Part shown: positions 55,456 through 64,000 of the stretch, piece after piece
How positions within the stretch are numbered: the first letter of the stretch is position 1
Layout of the letters: each line of letters starts with the position of its first letter
DNA from: the human T2T-CHM13v2.0 reference genome, Homo sapiens
Assembly: GCF_009914755.1 (NCBI RefSeq)
Contig: NC_060930.1
Length of the DNA stretch: 64,000 nt
Strand: one strand, 5' to 3'
Notes under the pieces: generated by a model
What the model saw: only the letters and a program-made list of their open reading frames with translations
What the model was told of the DNA's origin: nothing
The model's database searches: none
Position numbers and translations under genes: made by a program

Positions 55456-56743
55456 AAGAATGTGTGCTTTATATTGTCACTCAGCACTCTACATCCATGT
55501 GTGCATCTATTTTAACCTAACAACAATAATTTGAAAGGAAAAATAATGTATCATAAAGCAAATTTTCATTGATGGGAATTATATGTAGAAACTCTGGCCT
55601 TTCTTTTCTAGCCTGCTTTAAAGGCTAGCTTTCCTCCTGTTACTTAATTCAACAAATAAGATAAAATGGTGGTTTAAATTATGTGTCTTGTGGAGGGATT
55701 TCATTGGCAAAGTCAGAGTGTGTGCATTCCTTAGGAAATAATTACCCTGACAACAACAAGCACTTACTCGGCTTCTTTTACAGAGACTCACAAGATGCTT
55801 TACAATTAAAACACAGCAAACTGACCTACTTTCTTAAGGGTGTTCAGGAATAGGGATGAACAGATATGTCTTTAGTTTTAAGTCCAGACAGAAGAGTACT
55901 ATGAATAGAATCTGCAAAGAAATTCTAGGACTCCAAGAGCCTGGAGCTCATGAGTGGGATAAAGCAAATAGCCTGCTGACTCTGACCTTAATGATCAACC
56001 AGGCACATATGGTCATCACAGAAGATCTAACAAATTTCCTGGGACTCATTCATTAGCCAAGTCATCAGTGACTAATATACCATTTAAGTTGGTATTGGGT
56101 TTTATGGGGATTTAATTCTGGAATGTATAACTGGAGGGCTCAGCCACCTGAGCCAGGCAGCCAAAACCACTGACTGAGGACTACTCCATCTTAAGCTCCA
56201 GGTCACAATAGATTCTTTTATCACTGATGACGGAAGCCAACTTGTACTCTGAAGTAGAGTGTGTAGGGGGTAGAAGAGAGATATCTACAAGATAGCAGCC
56301 CAAGCTGAGGTCAGAGCACTTACGGAGTAGAACACCCTGGAGCCAGCAGTATATTAAATACAACCCTGGAGAGGCTTTTGTCACCAACAGTTCCAAAGGC
56401 TTTATCTATATGACTTTTTAAGCCAAAACAGCTTTAGCCAAGTTGATCAGGCATACACTTTGAATGTTGAGGGCATTTATCATCTCTGGCTGGCCTTCTT
56501 TACCATTAGGATTCTCTTACTGAGAGAAGGAAGAGCCTGAACATTTCTTAGGGATTTGGGCTCAGCCTTCTGGTATTCCTCCCAGAGGCTCCAGGCCCCT
56601 AAAGGCGTAGTCATCTTCAGATACTTGCAGACGGTCAGCCTGTACTATTTTAGTATGGAAATTACAGTTGATAAAAATCAAGTGTTACACCTAAATTTAT
56701 GTTTTAATAACAAACATAAAAAATATTTCAACATCAGGGTAGA

Positions 56744-56980
56744 TCAGTAGTCTTCAACCAAGGGAAATTTTGTCTTTTCAATTACTTGGTTTTTGATTTA
56801 CAGGGGATATTCAGCAATGTCTGGAGACATTTTTCACTGTCACTACTCAGGGTGCTACTGGCTTCCAGTCGGTATAGGCCAAGAATGCTCCTAAATATCC
56901 TACAATGCACAGGACAGACGCCCACAACAAAGAATTATCTGACCTGAAATGCTGATAGTGTTCCAGTAGAGAGAACCTAG
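56744..56980 (+). mobile_element. MER20 with a foreign ~28-bp insert
   Basis: gcaatgtctggagacattttt ... cctacaatgcacaggacag ... cacaacaaagaattatc. Confidence 0.88.
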
Positions 56981-57538
56981 ATTAGATTATGTTGCATTCA
57001 AATTATTTTGATCTAGTTGGGGATACATATAAATTGAGAAAATTTCAAGATAGTGAAATTATGACATAAATTAGAATATGGGGCATATGCTGCAGGATTT
57101 GATAGAAGAGTCCAACCAGGATTTTATAGAATGTGTAGAGAAGCTTTCAGGGAGGAGGGAAGATTTCAGCTGGACTTAAACAATTGTAATACATAAGCAG
57201 CAAGGAGCCAAGAAGAAACAGCATATCACCCCCGAGAGAGAAGTGGTCAAAAGTGCAGCATAATGATACCATTCTTCCAGTTCCATGTGAATACACAGAG
57301 TATTAGGGAGCCTCCAGGAATTTTCCTGTGATTGAGCGCCTCACTTCCCTTTTCTGTCCCTTCCATATCCCAGGAAGTACACCTAATGGAGAGATAAAGC
57401 AGAGAGCAGGTACTGGGTGGGGACTGTGGAATAACTTGCCAATAGCATGATGGTGCCAAGAGTGCTGCCAGTAAGGTGACCATGCCAACAGCCATGCAGG
57501 CTTTTTGATCTTCAAGAAGACTTAAGTGCCAGTACATT

Positions 57539-57912
57539 TGTGCTTTAGTCAGTATGGGCTACTATAACAGAACATCATAAACTGTGTGGCTTGTAAACAA
57601 TGAACATTTATTTTGCGTGGTTCTGGAGGCTGGGAAGTTCAAGATGAAGGCAATGGCAGATTTGGTGTCTGGTGAAGGCCTGCTTCTAGGTTCATAAATA
57701 GCATCTTCTTCCTGTATCTTCACATGGTAGTAGAGGTAAGGGAGATCTCTGGGTACTTTTTTTTTTTTATCAGGGGCACTAATCCCATTCATGAAGTCTC
57801 CACCCTCATGATCTAATCATCTCTTAAAGGCCCCACATCCAAACACTATCACATTGGGGATTAGGTGTCAATGTGTGAATTTGGGTAGGACATAAATATT
57901 CAGTCTACAGCA
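57539..57912 (-). mobile_element. MLT1A/A0 LTR
   Basis: gttctggaggctgggaagttcaagatgaagg ... gggcactaatcccattcatga ... attcagtctacagca. Confidence 0.85.
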
Positions 57913-59951
57913 ATTTGGTAGTTTACTAATTAATGTGCATCTCAATTTTTTCAGGCCTTTTCCATTTCCTATAGTTGAGGATATGGGGCTCTGCCTCACT
58001 CACATGGATTTATTAACAGCATCTGTCATGTATTTCTTTGTCCTGTTTAGTAGCAAAAGTCACAGGGGTCTCAACCATTCTGATATTTCAATTGGTCTGA
58101 AGAAAGAAGACTTTCTTTCATCCTTCATAATCAATACATGTAGACACAGCAAAGTGGGGACAAGGTCAGGAGAGACTTTGAAACTGGAGATAATAATGAA
58201 TGAAGTTATCCTTTTGCAGATGGAATTTATCCTACTCCAGTGTAGGTGGTAACATATTTCAAGTCTCTATTTAATAGATCAGAATATATGTCCAGGTAGA
58301 AGGGTTTCACTTCAACAAATACATCAAAACTGTTTTCTACAAGATACTGTGTTGGGCTACATGACTAGAATTAAGTGTGTGATAAGTAGTACTAGTAGTA
58401 ACTGGTAGTAAGTGGATCTTAGGTAATAAAAATCAGAGGATCTGACTGGCAATTTGCTACCAGGAGGTTAGTGATCTATATGAAGTGCACAGAAAAGGAA
58501 GCCAAAGGACAAGTATTTGGTAGTTCATATTCACTAGTGTTCAGAAACAGAATACTTTAATTCTAGAAACTCATTACCTATTCTTGAGTTAATTAGAAAC
58601 ACTCCTCCTAAGTAAGATGGGTTATTTCAAGCACTTTGTGACCATCTTTCCCCAATTTATTTTGATGCTATTTTATTTAGTGATCCTCTGACCTTGAATT
58701 TGTTTCTTTCAACAGCCTTGCCTAGTAGATGGAAATGCCCTGAATAGTAATAGGCTTCAGGTCTCAAGTTAAAAACCTCTACCAAGACTTTCCACTTACA
58801 AAATATTTGAACTTTTGCATAAGCTTATTGTACATGGTTGCAAATCCAGTGAGGCTGAGTGAACAGTGATTTTTATCAATGCATTCTATGGAAAAGGAAA
58901 GCAAGAAGGCAGATTGGTTTCTTGAAGTTAGTCAGTTAATCTGTGCCAGAGCTGAAACTGAAAAGCAAGCCTACCTACTCTTTCCATGATACTAATAATC
59001 TAAGAGAATTGATAACAGAAAGATCAAGAGGTGAAAGAATGAGCCCCAGAGAGAAAAAATGTGACGGCTTCCCTCTGACACTTCTCTCAACCTATACTCC
59101 TTCCACTTTTGCTGCCCTGTCTCCTTGTGGTTTCTAGGACTTTGGTTTCTATTCAGGAGCCTGTTGGGTGATTCACATTTCTCTCTTGCACCCTGGAGTC
59201 ATTGGGGATGGCATCAGAGATGAGGGGAAGAGAAACTGTGGCATCTCTAGAGACATGCTTAGAAGAGGGAAGATTCTTCCACGTGGCCTGTAAGAGGAAG
59301 TGACACTCACAGAGATGAATGCCAGAGTGGCCTGGGGAGGCAGATATTTTGAATCTTGAGCTTATTATGTCTTTCTGGATTTTTAGGTTTGGACAAATTG
59401 CTGCATCTGTCTGCCTTGGTATTGTTGTTTGTAATTCTAGAATGAGAATGCAAAAGTGCTAAAAGGAATGTTAGATGCTTTACTTTTAAAAATCCTGAGC
59501 TAGCAAGTAAATATACTGGAAGGAATTGGATTTCTCAGATCATTTTGAGATTTGGCCAATCATTCATTTCATATACTCACCACATTTAATTAACCAGATA
59601 TAGTAATCATTGTAAGCCCTAGAAAAACATTTTCTGCATTCTTTGTTTCTTAATAGTTAATTGATCCAATTCCTTTGGGAGGGTGACATACATGAGACTC
59701 TTTTTGGGACTTAGCTTTCTTTCCAAATTTTAAATATCACATATTATTGTCAAATATGCTATATTAGGAAATTCTGAAAAATAAATCTTTAAAGAAAATT
59801 CTATAATAGAAGGATTGTGGATAAATTCATCATATTTAAGATAATACTTAATTATCAAAACAATTCAGTAACATGTTTTAGGGGAATTTTACATTAACTT
59901 TTGTAGTGATATATAAAAAGTAGAGTAGGAGTTTGAGAAGTGGAATTATTA

Positions 59952-60298
59952 TTTTTATTATTACTTTTGAGTCAGAATTTCACTCTTGTGGCCCAGGCTG
60001 GAGTGCAATAACACAATCTCAGCTCACCACACCTCTGCCTCCTCTCCTGGGTTCAAGCTATTCTCTTGCCTCAGCCTCCCTAGTAGCTGGGACCACAGAC
60101 ACATGCCACCATACCCAGCTAATTTTTGTATTTTTAGAAGAGACGGGGTTTCACCATGTTGGCCAGCCTGGTCTCAAACTCCTAAGCTCAGGTGATTCAC
60201 CTGCCTCGCCTCCCAAAGTGCTGAGATTACAGGCGTGAGCCACCACTACTGGCCAATAAATACCTGCTCCTTACTCTTATTAGTTGTAATATTTGGCC
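59952..60298 (-). mobile_element. AluSq-like element plus 44-nt non-Alu 5' extension, inside an 18-bp TSD
   Basis: Alu body 59952-60254; extension 60255-60298; TSD tgagaagtggaattatta at 59934-59951 and 60299-60316. Confidence 0.93.
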
Positions 60299-63200
60299 TG
60301 AGAAGTGGAATTATTAAAGTGCCACAAAGTCTTAGGCAAAGAGATAAAAAACCTCAGGAAAGTGAATCCCTGCCAGTAACAAGTCAATTATTCTTTTTTG
60401 CTTTAAACTGCCAGTTATTAGATTCCAAATTTATGTAATAGCTTTAGGGAAAATCACATTTGTTTATAGTTATGTATCTTCAGATGCAAAGGTTTGTCAC
60501 CTGGTTTCAGCTTGAAGCGATTCCTTTAAGCTTTGAGCTTTTCTCTTCAGAGCAGCAACAATGTGGAATGTCGAAACTTAATTTTTTTTGTGAAGTGCCA
60601 CGTGCCTCTGGAGCTGCCTAGGTTCCATGACTATGTACTTTGTGTTCTGCCAATTTTGATTCATTTTTATTCCTTATGAAATCTCTGTACCAGAAGATTT
60701 AGGAATAAAAAGACTTGCAACAATAACTTGTTACTGCACAAGAAGCAGAAACTGCTGCTGCCTTACTGTTTTTTTCTTCCCTAATTCAAGAAAGAAAAAT
60801 GTTCTGAAATTGTATACCATAAAGCCTCCAAAGAACTTTTGCCTGTATCAAAACCCAAATTCAAAAGCCACAAACTGGAAAATTAAAACTTTAAAATACC
60901 CTTGACTAGTGTTTGTCGTCTAAACTTAACTGCAGTACATGGACAGGTTTTTAATTAGGAAAGTGTGAAAACAAATAGAATCTTAAGCAAATTTCTTATT
61001 TTGGAATATTGTTGTGATGTTGAGGATGAAAGTTCACAAGAACGTGCCTTAGTTTTGTAAAACTTTTTCTAAGAGAAAAGAATTGGGGAGTGATACATTT
61101 CTATTCATTTCAATATTGTATGTGTGTTTTTAATACCACATGGTAGGCTCATCAATTGCTTGCTGGAAAGCAGATTCTTCTTGCTGTGAATCTGATTCCC
61201 GAGACTCTCTTGATTCATTTAATGGTTTATGCTAGGTAAATATTTCTTGAAATTCTCCTTCTCTTTGAGTGTGGTCAGCAGCAGGCAAACAACAACATAG
61301 TATTATAGTCTAAAAATTTCAGACAGGTAGATGTGATCATATTCAGGAGCCATATACTTTTGGAAAATAATTTATTTGGATGTTTTAGAATAAGGGATGT
61401 TCCATTAATATGATACAATAAAGAGGAAAGATAAGAAACTATTGTTCATATTTCAGTGGCTAGAACCTCAAAATCTTGGAAACGGTAAGAGATGCTCCTA
61501 CTAATCTGCTATTCAATTCTGAGAAATGTCTTTCATGGCACAGTCACACTTGGGAGCACTCAAATGAATTCAACAGAATTGAATTTAAAGCACTTTAGTA
61601 AGTATAGTGGAGGACACAAAAGTTAAGACAATGTACTTACTGTATTCTCCCATAGTGTGCTTTGAATGACACTGACTTAAGAATTCAATAAAAGCACTTA
61701 TATTTATTATTTTTGGACTGCTTTTTCCTTCCTAATAAACTGCAAGCGCTTTGCACAGGAAAGCAGGATCTTGCATATCTGTGTCACCAACAGGTAGTAC
61801 AGTGGCAGACTCATAATAGACACTCGAGTGTTTGTAGAGTAAATGCTAAATTTTATTTTGTAATAGGAAAATAACTGTTATCTTATGTTAATATATTTAA
61901 GTGTAGTTTCTTCTATTAACCAACCTTGCTAGGCCTGCTAGATTGAAATAATAATAAAGAAAAAGAATTCCAGCTCTCCCTTCATTAAACCAAGATATGC
62001 TATGTTTACTAGGGGGTAATATCTAAAAGCAATTATTAATATTTCTCTTTTACTGTGCTCTCATGACTATGAATGTCACCCTAATTGCCCAGAGCCATCT
62101 TTTGGAAGAAAAACTTAGGGTACGGAAATTAAGACTGTAACAAGATAAATGTAAACAAAAAAATACAGGTAGGATGCAGCTTTGGATGCTCAAAGTTAGA
62201 AACATATCCTTTCAAGTCATGTTATTTTTCTGGAAAAGGATTTTCTGATTCCTTTAGCTCTCATGTAGCATACCAAGGGTTTAAATTGGCTTTATAGTCC
62301 GATAGAAGGATTTCATGTAGGGAAAGTAAAAGGAAACTCAGGCTCTTTCCAATGCCTGTGGATTATGGAACAAGTAACAGGCACAAGGAGAAAGAGCTAT
62401 CAGAGCTCATCAGATATATATGTCCAGATTTTACTTTCTATGTGCTTAGCTCACTAAGGGCTGATAAGGAAGGGTCTCATGCTAGCATACAGTGCCCTGG
62501 GTGCCAAGCAAGGGCATCTGCTGATAGGCATGGACTTGGGGTACTCTTGCCTGCACTCCTAATTTTTAACTTGGGAAAGAGACACTTTCTTTAGCTTCCC
62601 CTAAACAACTAGGGCGTGGCAACATCAACTGGAAGGCTCAGGGAGAAATTAAAGGCCTGAGGCATTTTTGTTCTCCCATATTACCCAGAGTTACCATGGG
62701 GCATGAATGCTTAATTGAGGTGTAGAGGGCCAGCCATCAGGTCCTTTATGGCAATGGAGGCTGAGGGTAAATGACCAGGCCAAGGCACTGAATGGAGAAA
62801 GTGTGCAGATTTAGAGGTCTTTAGGGCACAGAAGTTGAGAAGGGACCCAATCAGCCAGGGAGCTTCACCTAGTTCTGACCAAGCCAAGATCACACTGCAC
62901 ATTTCACCAGTCGTGAATTCCACCAGCCATGAATGAGGGCAAGCAGAAAGCAGATGAATAATCCCCAGAGACTACATGGCTGAACTTGACAACTTGTAAG
63001 TGAGAACTTCTAAAGGCTATGTAATCATATGTGGATGAAAACTTTACCTTGTTTCTGCACATCCAAATTGTAATTAAATTCTGCAAACCTAATTATGAGA
63101 TAATAGTTGTTTGTCAAAGTCTGGGAATAGAATGGTCTGGTTTCAACCTGTCAATGATCAGGCAGTATTAGCACAGGGCAAGGTCTCTCTTAATAGCTAT

Positions 63201-63507
63201 TTGGAGCAATGCACTTGCAATTCTTTAATCAAAAACTGTTACTGATAGGAGAGCCTCATCCTGCTAAAGTCCTCTGAAATTTGTCATTCCAGATCAATTA
63301 TAAACAAACTTGAGGATATTTATATTGATGGTTATATTGATGGATATAATGACTGCTTTCAATTCATTTTTGATATCCATGATAATAATGACTTTTAATC
63401 AAAGATGTAAATTCCTAATTAGAAATTCTTGTTCCATTATTTCCTATGCAGCAACAGAAATAACAATTTACTGTATATTAAATTTAATTTACACATATAA
63501 TCTTTTA

Positions 63508-63969
<462 letters not shown>

Positions 63970-64000
63970 CTAATCATAAGTCAAGGACTTTCCATAAGTG

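Overview
This is AT-rich primate (human-like) intronic or intergenic DNA. I can support no protein-coding exon, RNA gene or CpG-island promoter; the ORFs in the track are Alu, L1, Tigger or LTR translations, or chance frames. The window is a mosaic of transposon fossils: two Tigger1 copies nested in L1MC 3' UTRs, a solo LTR12C (ERV9), about 11 Alus plus 2 monomers, MaLR and ERV1 LTRs, L1/L2/MIR fragments and several MITEs (MADE1, MER53, MER58A, MER20, MER104). The most notable signal is repeated copying of nearby sequence. (1) An Alu at 59952-60298 has an 18-bp TSD and carries 43 nt of the 5' flank of another Alu 3.3 kb away (63589-63940) plus one extra G, an apparent local source-daughter pair with 5' transduction. 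(2) A 90-bp near-perfect palindrome was built inside one Alu (50666-50866). (3) Two short templated insertions were copied from 1.3-1.9 kb upstream. (4) There is a nested non-repeat hairpin at 41015-41134. Separately, a ~140-nt polyadenylated retrocopy sits inside an L1. Repeat subfamily names come from recalled consensus sequences, not from a RepeatMasker run, and boundaries of old elements are approximate.
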